Notes: a model not told the origin generated them from the letters alone. DNA of 64,000 nt from Bdellovibrionota bacterium (GCA_041739995.1 JBGSMV010000080.1:1-64000), one strand, 5' to 3'; positions 29,679 through 40,062 are shown, counted from the stretch's first letter. Translations and numbers: made by a program.

Positions 29679-30653
29679 GTGCAGGGAAAGAGCGTTCTGA
29701 TAACCGGTGGGCTGGGGTTCATTGGGTCAAACCTGGCAAGGCGCCTGGTCGAAAGTGGCGCTCATGTAACTCTGGTGGACAGTTTAATCCCTGAGTACGG
29801 CGGTAACCTGTGGAACATTCACGGGCTCGAGGACCTCGTTAAGGTCAATATATCTGACGTCCGCGACGACCATGCGATGAAATTTCTCATTCAAGGTCAC
29901 GACTACCTTTTTAACTTGGCAGGCCAAACGAGTCACATTGACTCAATGGAGAATCCCTTTCCTGACCTTGAGATCAATGCTCGCGCACAGCTCTCTATCC
30001 TAGAGGCATGCAGGAAATTCAATCCTAATATTAAGATTGTCTTTGCGAGCACTCGCCAAGTATATGGCAAGCCGCGCCAAAACCCAGTCGATGAAAATCA
30101 CCCAGTGGTTCCGGTTGATGTGAATGGCATCAACAAGGTGGCCGGTGAATGGTATCACCTACTCTACAACAAAGTTCATGGCATTCGAGCAACTGCCCTG
30201 CGATTGACCAATACTTACGGTCCTTGCATGCGCATTAAGGATGCCCGTCAAACATTTCTCGGTATTTGGGTGCGGCGCCTAATTGAAGAAAAACCTTTCG
30301 CTGTCTTTGGAGATGGAAAGCAAGTCCGCGACTTCAACTATGTGGACGATGTGGTGGACGCCTTGATTGTCGCTGCGGAGAACGACGACGCAAATGGTGA
30401 GGTTTTTAACCTCGGTGCAGACGACCCAATTTCACTCATAGACACCGCTAAATTAATGGTAAGCGCCGCAGGTAAAGGTTCTTGGGATATAGTGCCCTTT
30501 CCTTCAGATCGGAAGGCAATCGACATAGGTGACTATTACGGCGATTACCGAAAAATTCGGGCGCGTCTTGGTTGGAAACCAAAGACACCTTTGGAATCCG
30601 GCATTAAAAAAACTATTCAGTACTTTGAAACCAATTTCTCGCACTATTTATAG
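29679..30653 (+). CDS. NAD-dependent nucleotide-sugar epimerase/dehydratase
   Basis: ITGGLGFIGS, NLAGQ, ASTRQVYG, LRLTNTYGP; the usual YxxxK appears as NGINK. Confidence 0.9.
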   Translation: MQGKSVLITGGLGFIGSNLARRLVESGAHVTLVDSLIPEYGGNLWNIHGLEDLVKVNISDVRDDHAMKFLIQGHDYLFNLAGQTSHIDSMENPFPDLEINARAQLSILEACRKFNPNIKIVFASTRQVYGKPRQNPVDENHPVVPVDVNGINKVAGEWYHLLYNKVHGIRATALRLTNTYGPCMRIKDARQTFLGIWVRRLIEEKPFAVFGDGKQVRDFNYVDDVVDALIVAAENDDANGEVFNLGADDPISLIDTAKLMVSAAGKGSWDIVPFPSDRKAIDIGDYYGDYRKIRARLGWKPKTPLESGIKKTIQYFETNFSHYL

Positions 30654-30662
30654 GCTCTCCGT

Positions 30663-31760
30663 ATGATACTTCCCGCAAATCCAGGGGCCCAGTACCAGGC
30701 TCATAGAGAGCAGATCGATCAAGCAATACGGAAGGTGCTCGATAGTGGGTGGTATATCCTCGGAGATTCGGTCAAAGAGTTTGAGAGAGCCTTCGCCCAC
30801 TACATCGGTGTCTCAGAATGTGTCGGGGTGGCGAATGGCACCGACGCTGTGGCCCTCGCCCTTAGAGGCTGCGGGATCGGTCCTGGTGATGAAGTCATTA
30901 CTGTTTCGCACTCAGCCGTGGCTACGGTTGCCGCGATCGAGATGATCGGCGCGGTTCCTGTATTTGTCGACATTGAGCCGAGTACTCGGTGCATGGATCC
31001 CCAAAAGATCGCGGCGCAGATTTCACCAAGAACTCGGGCGATAGTGCCAGTACACATTTACGGGCAGCCGGCACGAATCGAAGAAATTCTGCACATCGCT
31101 CGTACCCATAGTCTTAAGGTAATCGAAGACTGTGCTCAAGCACATGGCGCAATGGTCGGAAGCCGACGAGTTGGGTCTTTTGGTGATGCAGCGGCATTTA
31201 GCTTTTACCCCACTAAGAATCTTGGTGCGATTGGGGACGGTGGAGCCGTCGTGACGAACCTAAAGCCCGTGGCTGAGTCCGTACGCATGCTTCAGCAGTA
31301 TGGGTGGAAGTCTAGATATGTAAGTGACATTGCAGGGGTAAATTCCCGCCTAGACGAACTACAAGCCGCCATCTTATCCGTAAAGCTCCCCTACTTAGAT
31401 CAAGACAATGCTCGTCGTCGCGCGGTAGCGGAGCGATATCGCGCATCAATCGATGGAGAACGTCTTCAAGCTCCACCCGTGGTCGAAGACACCACGCATG
31501 CGATGCATTTATTTGTTGTTGAGTGCCCAGAGCGAGAAGCGTTCCGCGACTTTCTTACCCAGCAAGGGGTTGGAACGTCGATTCAGTACCCCTTCGCAAT
31601 CCATCAGCAACCCGCCTATCAGGGTCGAATCCGATCGGGTGCGCTCGTTGAGACAGAGACGCTGTATGAGAGGGTTGTCAGTCTTCCAATGTTTCCTGAG
31701 CTCGCAGAAGTTGCGGTAGATCAAGTGTGTCAGGCACTCCGTGAATGGCAATCCAAATAG
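30663..31760 (+). CDS. DegT/DnrJ/EryC1/StrS sugar aminotransferase
   Basis: NGTDA, EDCAQAHG, SFYPTKNLGA.GDGG, NSRLDELQA. Confidence 0.93.
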   Translation: MILPANPGAQYQAHREQIDQAIRKVLDSGWYILGDSVKEFERAFAHYIGVSECVGVANGTDAVALALRGCGIGPGDEVITVSHSAVATVAAIEMIGAVPVFVDIEPSTRCMDPQKIAAQISPRTRAIVPVHIYGQPARIEEILHIARTHSLKVIEDCAQAHGAMVGSRRVGSFGDAAAFSFYPTKNLGAIGDGGAVVTNLKPVAESVRMLQQYGWKSRYVSDIAGVNSRLDELQAAILSVKLPYLDQDNARRRAVAERYRASIDGERLQAPPVVEDTTHAMHLFVVECPEREAFRDFLTQQGVGTSIQYPFAIHQQPAYQGRIRSGALVETETLYERVVSLPMFPELAEVAVDQVCQALREWQSK

Positions 31761-31823
31761 CTTGCCTTGAGATCAGAGATTTAGCGGCTAGAAACGCTTA
31801 AAACCTTGGTAGCCACGGCACTC

Positions 31824-32582
31824 ATGACTCAGACCAGACCAATTATTGGAATTACCACTCGCATAAAAGTGCTTGCCGATGGCAACACGATAAATGGCGT
31901 TGATAATGCGTATATTAATGCAATAGACGACAGCGGTGGAGTTCCACTTCTGATCCCTGTAACCCAAGATCCAGAGTCCCTGCGCCCTCTCCTCAATAGC
32001 ATCGATGGAATTGTTTTCACGGGTGGCGAGGACATACACCCTAGGTTCTATGGAGAGTCTGCGCACGAGAAGCTTGGCCATGTAGTCGAGGCGCGCGATA
32101 AGGTGGAGCTACTCTTTGCCCGAGAAGCTTTCGAGCGGACGATGCCGATTCTTGGAATCTGCCGCGGACTGCAACTTTTAAATGTTGCGCGTGGTGGGTC
32201 GCTTTACCAAGATCTCAGCTCACAGCTTCCGGCCAGCCAAAACCACCGCTTGCCGCCTTGCGAAGGAAAACCACTCCTCGAAACCACACATCCAATCAAA
32301 ATTTCATCTCAAAGCCTACTGGCGCGAATTCTTAGCCTGACAGAGGTCGCCGCAAACTCGTCCCACCACCAGGCCGTGAAAGCTCTCGCACCTGATCTGA
32401 TTGCCTCAGCGTGGTCCACTGACGGGGTGATTGAGGCGCTAGAGGCAGCAGACTACGCGGGCTTCTTTATCGCGGTGCAAAGCCACCCCGAGCGCCTCTA
32501 CGAACAACCTGTGCCTGCATGGAAACCGCTCTTTCAGCATTTTATTGACGCTGCCTCTGCCTATTCTGACGTCGGGGCATGA
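31824..32582 (+). CDS. class I glutamine amidotransferase-like hydrolase (peptidase C26); probable Cj1417-type gamma-glutamyl-CDP-amidate hydrolase
   Basis: TGGED, GICRGLQ, NSSHHQA and QSHPE triad; adjacent to the Cj1418 homolog. Confidence 0.8.
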   Translation: MTQTRPIIGITTRIKVLADGNTINGVDNAYINAIDDSGGVPLLIPVTQDPESLRPLLNSIDGIVFTGGEDIHPRFYGESAHEKLGHVVEARDKVELLFAREAFERTMPILGICRGLQLLNVARGGSLYQDLSSQLPASQNHRLPPCEGKPLLETTHPIKISSQSLLARILSLTEVAANSSHHQAVKALAPDLIASAWSTDGVIEALEAADYAGFFIAVQSHPERLYEQPVPAWKPLFQHFIDAASAYSDVGA

Positions 32583-32863
32583 CGCAGAGCTGGTGGCGCC
32601 TTCTGGCTACAGCCTTTCCATTAAGCAACGCGTACCAAAATCATGGTCTAAAGCTCAGGCTTAGCTCGTCCACCGGCGTTAAGTCGAAGCAACTCACGGC
32701 GAGCATGTAACCCATTGAAAGTGCGAGTGAAAATGTCCTCGTTAGTCCGACAAGAATTCTAAGTTTCCATGAAACCCTCGGGGAAATAGCTCTCATCCTA
32801 TCCAAGGGGAGTGGCACGACTTAAATCACCATCGTCTTTCTAGAGCCGCTCCATGTTAGCGCT

Positions 32864-35242
32864 ATGAACAAACGCCTTCAGCTATCCACCAAGGCGCGCA
32901 CCCTTCATGCGTTGCGGCCACTGCTTTCTTTAGCCTCTGTGAAGCCGGTGTATCTATCGACAGTCGGCGACTGGCTACGAGGATCAGAATCTGTCGTTCG
33001 CGATATCTCAAAAACGTTCTCAGGCAAATCAGTCATCGTACGAAGCTCCGTGACAAATGAAGACTCACTCTCATCTTCCTGTGCCGGACGCTACCAATCA
33101 GTGGCTAATGTCGCTGCGGATAGTGCGACCGCACTCCACGAGGCAATCAATAGAGTCGTCGCATCCTACCAGAGTGAGGACCCTGACAATGAGTTCTTCG
33201 TTCAAGAACAGCTTCACGGGGTAAAGTGCGCCGGGGTGGTCTTCACGCGCGACCTCGATACTCTAGCTCCCTACTATGTCGTAAACTACGACGATCATTC
33301 CGGACTGACCGACTCTGTCACTGCTGGATTTAGTAACGGGCTTAAAACCTATGTGCGATTCAAGCAGTCACCCCACCCTCCTGAGACTGAGGACCTCAAG
33401 CAGATTATAGATGCAGCTGCTGAGGTAGAAGCGATCGTTGGCAACGACGCTTTGGATATCGAATTCGCTTTCACGACCAGTCAAGAACTATATGTTCTGC
33501 AGGTTCGTCCAATAGTGCGGGAAGCAAAGCCGCAGCCCGTGCAATCTGAAATCTTCGGCTCATATCTCGAGAAGATGCACCGCAAAATTCAGAAACTAAA
33601 CGGTCCACACCCTGGCTTACATGGCAATCAAGCTATCTACAGTGTCATGACGGACTGGAATCCAGCTGAGATAATTGGAATTAAGCCGCGAAAGCTTGCG
33701 CTCTCACTTTACAAAGAGCTGATAACTGATGCGATCTGGGCATATCAGCGCGACAACTATGGCTACAAGAATCTTCGCAGCTTCCCTTTGCTGGTCAGCT
33801 TTATGGGGCTCCCCTACATTGATGTCCGAGCCAGCCTCAACTCATTCGTTCCTGCCGAGCTCGATCCCACCTTGACGGGAAAACTCGTGGATTACTACAT
33901 CGACCGCCTCGTCGAATCACCGGCAGACCACGACAAAGTCGAATTCAACATTGTTTTCTCATGCTACAATCTAGATCTTGCTTCGCGGTTGAAGCGTCTA
34001 TTGAGTCATGGATTTACAGAGCTTGAACTTGATCGGATAAAATATTCGTTGCTGGATCTGACCAATACAATCATTGCACCAAAAGATGGCCGCTATCGCC
34101 AGGATCTTGCCCGGGTATCTCACCTCGAGCGTCGGTTCACAGAAATCACGTCGAGTTCGTTACCATTGATCGACAAGATTTACTGGTTGATTGAGGACTG
34201 CAAGCGCTATGGCACTCTGCCATTCGCGGGATTGGCACGAGCAGGCTTCATCGCGGTTCAATTCCTCAAATCATTTGTTGATCTTCAGATCATCACGGCG
34301 GAAGAGCTCGATGCATATATGAACTCGCTCAATACTGTGGCGAAACAGCTCTCATCAGATCTCTGCGAATATCGCTGTAACCAGGTTTCTCGGGAAATTA
34401 TGGAGCAACGCTACGGCCATCTCCGTCCAGGAACCTATGACATTCTGTCGCGTCGCTATGATGAGAATTTTGATTCTTATTTCACGAAAACGACTGAACC
34501 ATCGAAGGATCTACCGCGGGCGCGTTTCGAATTTTCAGAAGTTCAGCGCCGAGCTATTCAAGATCGCCTACACGAGAACGGCATTCATGCGAGTTTCGAC
34601 GATCTAATGCTATTCATCAAGGAGGCGATTGAAGGAAGAGAGCACAGCAAGTTCATTTTTACTCGCTCCCTCAGCCACGTATTGGTACTCCTTGAGCATT
34701 TGGGTTCGCGAATAGGATTGTCTCGCGAAGAGATGTCGAGTGTCGATATTAAGACAGTGATTGATCAGTACGGAAGTCTCTCACATCTCGACTTAGGCGA
34801 CATCCTGCGTGGAGACGTCGAACGCAATCGTGACGCCTATGACGTTACTAGGCTGATTCGATTGCCGCAGCTCATCACTTCCGAGTCCCACGTATACGAC
34901 TTTCACCTGAGTCGGACCGAGCCGAATTTTATTACTCAACGTCGCGTCAGCGAACTCGTGGTACTAGAGGACGAGATTCTTAATCAGGATCTCTCAAGGC
35001 GAATCGTGTTTATTCGCAGCGCTGACCCTGGATATGATTGGCTGTTCTCTCGCAACATCGGAGGATTAGTCACCATGTACGGTGGCGCAAATTCCCATAT
35101 GGCGATACGTTGCGCTGAGTTAAGTATTCCGGCTGTTATCGGGTGCGGTGAGAAGAACTTTGAGTCATGGAGCCGCTCACGTATGCTCGAGATTGACTGC
35201 ACGAATCGATTAGTCAAAGTGCCTAGCGATCTTCCATCGTAG
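32864..35242 (+). CDS. L-glutamine kinase (Cj1418-type; ATP-grasp plus C-terminal phosphohistidine domain)
   Basis: VRSS..ED, MTDWNPAEIIG, HDKVEF, YGHLRPGTYDI, ADPGYDW, GGANSHMAIR; 792 aa. Confidence 0.88.
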   Translation: MNKRLQLSTKARTLHALRPLLSLASVKPVYLSTVGDWLRGSESVVRDISKTFSGKSVIVRSSVTNEDSLSSSCAGRYQSVANVAADSATALHEAINRVVASYQSEDPDNEFFVQEQLHGVKCAGVVFTRDLDTLAPYYVVNYDDHSGLTDSVTAGFSNGLKTYVRFKQSPHPPETEDLKQIIDAAAEVEAIVGNDALDIEFAFTTSQELYVLQVRPIVREAKPQPVQSEIFGSYLEKMHRKIQKLNGPHPGLHGNQAIYSVMTDWNPAEIIGIKPRKLALSLYKELITDAIWAYQRDNYGYKNLRSFPLLVSFMGLPYIDVRASLNSFVPAELDPTLTGKLVDYYIDRLVESPADHDKVEFNIVFSCYNLDLASRLKRLLSHGFTELELDRIKYSLLDLTNTIIAPKDGRYRQDLARVSHLERRFTEITSSSLPLIDKIYWLIEDCKRYGTLPFAGLARAGFIAVQFLKSFVDLQIITAEELDAYMNSLNTVAKQLSSDLCEYRCNQVSREIMEQRYGHLRPGTYDILSRRYDENFDSYFTKTTEPSKDLPRARFEFSEVQRRAIQDRLHENGIHASFDDLMLFIKEAIEGREHSKFIFTRSLSHVLVLLEHLGSRIGLSREEMSSVDIKTVIDQYGSLSHLDLGDILRGDVERNRDAYDVTRLIRLPQLITSESHVYDFHLSRTEPNFITQRRVSELVVLEDEILNQDLSRRIVFIRSADPGYDWLFSRNIGGLVTMYGGANSHMAIRCAELSIPAVIGCGEKNFESWSRSRMLEIDCTNRLVKVPSDLPS

Positions 35243-35243
35243 T

Positions 35244-35819
35244 GTGATGATTCCGTATCGTCCGAATTACCTTGCTGATTCCTGTGTTCCAGTAGTCTGG
35301 ATTACTGGCCTTGCGGGTGCGGGCAAGACGACCCTTGCAGACCGCGTATGGGCCGAATTGCGTCCCACACTTCCAAATATTGTGAGACTCGATGGTGATG
35401 CGGTCAGAGAGATCTGGGGGGGAGAACTTGGATACACTCTCGAAGATCGCATTACGAATGCGGAGCGCCTAAGCCGCTTGGCTCTGTGCCTCCATCGGCA
35501 GGGGCTTGTAGTAGTCTGCTCGACCATGTCGCTCTACCCGCAAATTTGGGACTGGAATCGTGAGCATTTTAATTCGTATATTGAAGTGTACCTGCGCGTT
35601 AACATGGAGGTGCTTCAAGCTCGCAACAAGAAGGGGCTTTACTCAACCTCAAATGCTGATGACGGACAAACAGTGGTAGGACGTGGCCAGGAATTTCATG
35701 AGCCCACCGCAGCGCACCTCACACTAGTAAACGAGACAGTGGAAAACCTGGAATCTAATGTTATTCAAATCGTTCAGGCGATTAGGCAGAGCATGAACCT
35801 CAGGGGTCAGATATTATGA
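35244..35819 (+). CDS. APS-kinase-like protein; probable Cj1415-type cytidine diphosphoramidate 3'-kinase
   Basis: WITGLAGAGKTT, LDGD.VR, R..KGLY; operon context. Confidence 0.82.
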   Translation: MMIPYRPNYLADSCVPVVWITGLAGAGKTTLADRVWAELRPTLPNIVRLDGDAVREIWGGELGYTLEDRITNAERLSRLALCLHRQGLVVVCSTMSLYPQIWDWNREHFNSYIEVYLRVNMEVLQARNKKGLYSTSNADDGQTVVGRGQEFHEPTAAHLTLVNETVENLESNVIQIVQAIRQSMNLRGQIL

Positions 35820-36583
35820 AACAGGGCGATTTTACAGACTTGGCGAAGAACTACATCAATCGCCCTGGGTACTCGGCAAATGTATTGCGTGCTCTCGCAG
35901 AATACACTGGTGCGCGGAAATCTTCTCAGTTTCTCGTTGCTGACGTTGGTGCGGGAACCGGAAAGCTAACTGAGAACCTTGTCGAGCAGGAGCTCAAGGT
36001 CGTCGCTATCGAACCGAACGACGCAATGCGCGAAGAGGGCATGCGCTATACGGCTCCGCACCAAATTCCCTGGTCTAAGGGGAGTGGAGAGTCCACCGGT
36101 CTAGCTGCCACCTCGGTAAATTGGGTGTTGATGGGGTCGTCCTTTCACTGGGTCGACTTAAAGCTTGGCCTCGCTGAGTTTCACCGGGTACTAAAGAAAG
36201 GGGGTCATTTCACCGCACTTTGGAATCCGCGAGATTTGGAGCGTAGCGATCTACACCGTCGCATCGAAGAGCGTATTCATTCAATTGCCCCAAATATTTC
36301 CCGGGCCTCCTCCGGAGCCGGCAAATACACCGCCACCCTATTCGACGATCTCGTATCGACTGGACACTTTAAAGAGCCACTTTTTGTCGAGGCACGTCAT
36401 GAAGTCGTGATGACGCCCGAGCGTTATCTCGGCGCATGGCGTTCGGTCAATGATATTCAGTCACAGGCAGGGCCAGAGAAGTTCGCCGAAATTCTCATAG
36501 CGGTTGAGAAGGAAATCGCAAGTCTCAGCGAGATCGTCGTTCCGTATAAAACAAGATCATGGACGGTCCAGCGCGTCGATTGA
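35816..36583 (+). CDS. SAM methyltransferase, Cj1419/Cj1420-like (phosphoramidate O-methyltransferase)
   Basis: N-terminus MKQGDFT.LAK.Y.NRP.YS; DVGAGTGKLT; SSFHW; WNPR; SVNDIQ.QAG. Confidence 0.85.
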   Translation: MKQGDFTDLAKNYINRPGYSANVLRALAEYTGARKSSQFLVADVGAGTGKLTENLVEQELKVVAIEPNDAMREEGMRYTAPHQIPWSKGSGESTGLAATSVNWVLMGSSFHWVDLKLGLAEFHRVLKKGGHFTALWNPRDLERSDLHRRIEERIHSIAPNISRASSGAGKYTATLFDDLVSTGHFKEPLFVEARHEVVMTPERYLGAWRSVNDIQSQAGPEKFAEILIAVEKEIASLSEIVVPYKTRSWTVQRVD

Positions 36584-36600
36584 TCGGGAGTTAGAAGTCA

Positions 36601-37329
36601 ATGAAAGGGATTGTTCTTGCCGCCGGTGAAGGCTCCCGACTCCGTCCACTCACCGACGATCGGCCCAAATGCATGGTGGAATATCGCGGGAAGCCGATAT
36701 TGGACTACACCATCGAAGCCTTTCAACAGGGCGGATTAGCTGAAATTATCGTTGTCGGCGGCTATAAAGCCGAAGCGATTCAACGTTCCAGTGTTCGGAG
36801 TTATCTAAATCCACGATACGCAAGCACCAATATGGTGCACACGCTCTTCTGCGCCGAGGAGGAACTCACAGACGATATTATAGTGTCTTATGGCGACATC
36901 ATTTATCATCCCGACATATTGAAAACGCTTATTGCTGACCCCGGCATTATAGTTGTCGTGGTTGATAATCGCTGGGAGGAGCTGTGGCGACGTCGTATGG
37001 CTGATCCGCTCAGCGATGCAGAAACCATGAAGATCGATCCTTCGGGGAATATCGTTGAGCTTGGGAAGAAACCGAATTCGTATGCGGATATACAGGGGCA
37101 GTACATAGGTCTATTCAAACTCGCGCGAAGCATCCTTCCGCAAATTCGAGATTTTTATCACTCGCTTGATCGCACGGCTCAATATGATGGAAAGAGCTTT
37201 GATCAGATGTATATGACCAGCTTCCTTCAGTTAATTGCCGATCAACTTCATCCAATTCGCGCGCTTCCTATTGAGGGAGGCTGGCTTGAGATCGATTCCG
37301 AGACCGATCTGGAGTGCCAGGCGGTTTAA
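36601..37329 (+). CDS. LicC-like cytidylyltransferase; probable Cj1416-type CTP:phosphoglutamine cytidylyltransferase
   Basis: LAAGEGSRL.P.T.DRPKCMV, TNMV.TL, SYGDI, DPLSDAET, MYMTSFLQ, WLEIDS. Confidence 0.87.
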   Translation: MKGIVLAAGEGSRLRPLTDDRPKCMVEYRGKPILDYTIEAFQQGGLAEIIVVGGYKAEAIQRSSVRSYLNPRYASTNMVHTLFCAEEELTDDIIVSYGDIIYHPDILKTLIADPGIIVVVVDNRWEELWRRRMADPLSDAETMKIDPSGNIVELGKKPNSYADIQGQYIGLFKLARSILPQIRDFYHSLDRTAQYDGKSFDQMYMTSFLQLIADQLHPIRALPIEGGWLEIDSETDLECQAV

Positions 37330-37350
37330 GGTGACCCACGCTTTGTAGCG

Positions 37351-39024
37351 CTATAGTGCTTTTAACACCGCGTCAATCCCTAGCCTATCGTAGTAACCCG
37401 CGATCCGTTCTGAGCCCTGCCTACTTTTTGAACCTTGAACGACTGCGTGAAAATCACTGACTGCTTCATGACCTTCTGCAGAATCTGGCGCAACGCGTAA
37501 TAGCAATCCGCCTGCGGCATAACGAGCAATGCGGCTTCTCGATTGCGCCACACGACGAAGTCGATCAATCGCATATGCTTCATGGGTACGGTGCAGAAGG
37601 AGCTGCAACGCAAGATGACACTCAAGAATCGGGAGTTCGTCAACAAGCATGCAGTATTTCTGGAGCACCTTCTCAAATTCGCCAAATTGAAATTGCGGTT
37701 GCTGAAAATTACGGCGAATAGAAGAAAGCATGCTCTCGATCCAGAGATCGCGCGCCACGGTGAAAACGCTCAGATCCCACGTGAATGCGGGTATGACAGG
37801 TGCTATCGAAAGATCGTATCGAGCTTGGTGTTCTGTTCTCACCACACTTGCCACCAATGCGTAGCGGTTCAGCACACTTTGAGAATTGGCACTTCTCCAC
37901 CGCTCTGCTCTTCCAGAGGTTGCTGCAGAATTTGGGTAGGCAGTCGCCTTTGCGCGTTCCGAGTTGCTCACCGCGGATTGAATAGCTTCGTCGCCTCGTT
38001 CGATCTCAAGAAACGACACTAAGCCACGCACCGCCCGTAGCGCACGATCGGGGTCCGTAAGATCCTCAAAGTAGAGGTGCATCAGATTGTCAGTGGGAAC
38101 GCAGACTTCGAGAAATGTCTCTACCAAGAGCCACTCTTCAATCGTCGCCTGTCCAAAGATTCCTTCGCCGCCGTTCGTGGGAAGGTCAAGAACGTCATCC
38201 ACACAAATCTCAGTCGTGTTTGATTGCAGGTTATTCTGTTTCGAAATACACACGTCACGTGGATCGCGAACGATTCGAACATGCTTCTTTCCGCTAAAGA
38301 TCGCGGGCGAGAGGCTATGGGAAAACTGTGCCCCTACATCAACTTCGAAGGAGAAGTCCCGCCGACCACCCTGACGGACGACTATCGGCAAACAACTCGT
38401 CAGCCATTCGTGATGCTGCTCAAGCAGCCGAAAACTTCCTGCATGGAAGCGGAACATATCGTGAAAGCGTCCAAAATAGGTACATATTCCCAATTCTAGG
38501 AGCAAGTTCCATGTCTTATAAGTGCCACTGCACTCCATGGACGAGAATTGAACCTCGCGAAGAAACGCACCATCGGCTACTCCCTCTGAGACTAAACAGA
38601 TGCCATAAAGCGCCGACGAATTGAGGATAACTTTTGCCGGATGAAAGTCAGGGCGCAGTTCTATGAGTTTCTGGAGCAGAAGAGGTCCAAGATTGGGTTC
38701 GCCCGCGGAGCAAGCAGCCTGCGCCGCGTACCACAGAATGCGCATCCCGGGGAAACCCATCTCGAGCGCCTTTATGAGATGCCCAAGTGCGACGGAAAAT
38801 TCTCTCGCGCGGTAGGCGAGAACTCCAAGCCAGAATGGTCCGAATGGATCAGCGGGGTGTTGAACCGAGAAGAGTTGTGCCGCCGATCGGATCTCGGCAA
38901 GGTCTGCGTTTTCCCCTAGCTGACTATCTTCAACCGCAAAGATGCGTGAGCTTTCAACATTTCGGCTATGACGAAAGTGCTCAAGGTATTGTCCAAAGAT
39001 GTCCAAACCAGACTGGTCTGTCAC
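37351..39024 (-). CDS. TPR plus sulfotransferase-fold protein
   Basis: N-terminal TPRs; degenerate 5'-PSB loop SMECSGT; 3'-PB motif IVRDPRDV.IS; YFEDL. Confidence 0.7.
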   Translation of the reverse strand: MTDQSGLDIFGQYLEHFRHSRNVESSRIFAVEDSQLGENADLAEIRSAAQLFSVQHPADPFGPFWLGVLAYRAREFSVALGHLIKALEMGFPGMRILWYAAQAACSAGEPNLGPLLLQKLIELRPDFHPAKVILNSSALYGICLVSEGVADGAFLREVQFSSMECSGTYKTWNLLLELGICTYFGRFHDMFRFHAGSFRLLEQHHEWLTSCLPIVVRQGGRRDFSFEVDVGAQFSHSLSPAIFSGKKHVRIVRDPRDVCISKQNNLQSNTTEICVDDVLDLPTNGGEGIFGQATIEEWLLVETFLEVCVPTDNLMHLYFEDLTDPDRALRAVRGLVSFLEIERGDEAIQSAVSNSERAKATAYPNSAATSGRAERWRSANSQSVLNRYALVASVVRTEHQARYDLSIAPVIPAFTWDLSVFTVARDLWIESMLSSIRRNFQQPQFQFGEFEKVLQKYCMLVDELPILECHLALQLLLHRTHEAYAIDRLRRVAQSRSRIARYAAGGLLLRVAPDSAEGHEAVSDFHAVVQGSKSRQGSERIAGYYDRLGIDAVLKAL

Positions 39025-39159
39025 GGTATCCGCCTATAGCGAAGTGTAATCACGCAGCAATGCTGAACCCTTCCAATCTATAATGAAGCTTGCAGAATCG
39101 CGCCAGCAAAAGTGATATAGCATCGAGACAGAGGACGAACTCTCAGACCGTCGCTAGAG

Positions 39160-39861
39160 TTAAGATGAAATACTCAATATCTTGATGATTTTAATGTTCC
39201 ACAGCAACTGTAGACCATTCGTATTCATACGAACGCCGTCCACTGCAGCAGTCCAAGAGCGCAGCTTGTTCTCCTTGGCCGGAATATCAAATGGCATCAC
39301 CTGTTCGTCTACGTCGCAGCGCCACCCCAGCTCAGCAAGCCTCGCACAGAAGAGACCGAGAGGATACTGGTTGAACCCCGTGTGCCACTCACTGCTCCCC
39401 ACACGCCGGTATTTGAGGGCGACCTCGAAATCGAAGTCATTAAAAACTCCAGTGATTACTGCGAGACCGCCCGGTCGCACATGGCGCAGGATATTCAAGG
39501 CAACGGGGATGGGGTCAGTCCAATACGAGAGAAGCGATGTCGCGGTGACAAGATCAAATTTCTCGGAAAGACTGAAGCTTTCGGCATCGCCTACTTGAAA
39601 CTCGATTTTCTGCGCTTCAAACCGTTTTTTTGCGCTCGCGATTAGCTCCTCCCCAATATCAACTCCTACTTTTCTCCCCGTAGGGAATACACTCTGGGAG
39701 AGGTGTGCGAGCAGTTCCCCGCTCGCACATCCAACATCGAGACAGGATACCCCTTTGGCCACGTCGAAATGCGCGGTGGCAATCGAACTAATCCGTTTGA
39801 AGAGATCTTTAACTTCGAAGTGCGCGTCGTCTTGAACATGAAAATTGGAGGGGTTTGTCAT
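39160..39861 (-). CDS. class I SAM-dependent methyltransferase
   Basis: LDVGCASGE, GVDI, RPGG. Confidence 0.88.
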   Translation of the reverse strand: MTNPSNFHVQDDAHFEVKDLFKRISSIATAHFDVAKGVSCLDVGCASGELLAHLSQSVFPTGRKVGVDIGEELIASAKKRFEAQKIEFQVGDAESFSLSEKFDLVTATSLLSYWTDPIPVALNILRHVRPGGLAVITGVFNDFDFEVALKYRRVGSSEWHTGFNQYPLGLFCARLAELGWRCDVDEQVMPFDIPAKENKLRSWTAAVDGVRMNTNGLQLLWNIKIIKILSISS

Positions 39862-40062
39862 AGCGGTCCATGAACTAGTTGCTGATCCAGTCAAAGAGAG
39901 AAGACTTGGGCTGTGGGGAGCTAACCGGTTTGTACACAACCCATGGTGCAGCTACCCAAAAATACTCATAATTTCGCGAATCCTTGGTCATTTTCGCAGA
40001 CTCGAAACATAGAGAGTAGTGGTACGTTTAGTGAATAGTATCAATTAGGTACATGGATTCCG

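Noticed and set aside
32812..32827. Sigma54 promoter (TGGCACG) upstream of the glutamine kinase
   Set aside because: The -12 TTGC element is absent (AAAT instead)
32864..35242. PEP synthase / pyruvate phosphate dikinase
   Set aside because: No pyruvate-binding barrel; the phospho-His domain is C-terminal and the context matches the Cj1418 type
37543..39083. Series of plus-strand ORFs opposite the sulfotransferase-fold gene, and similar antisense ORFs elsewhere (18288-18821, 52166-52762)
   Set aside because: Shadow frames of well-supported genes with no recognisable motifs
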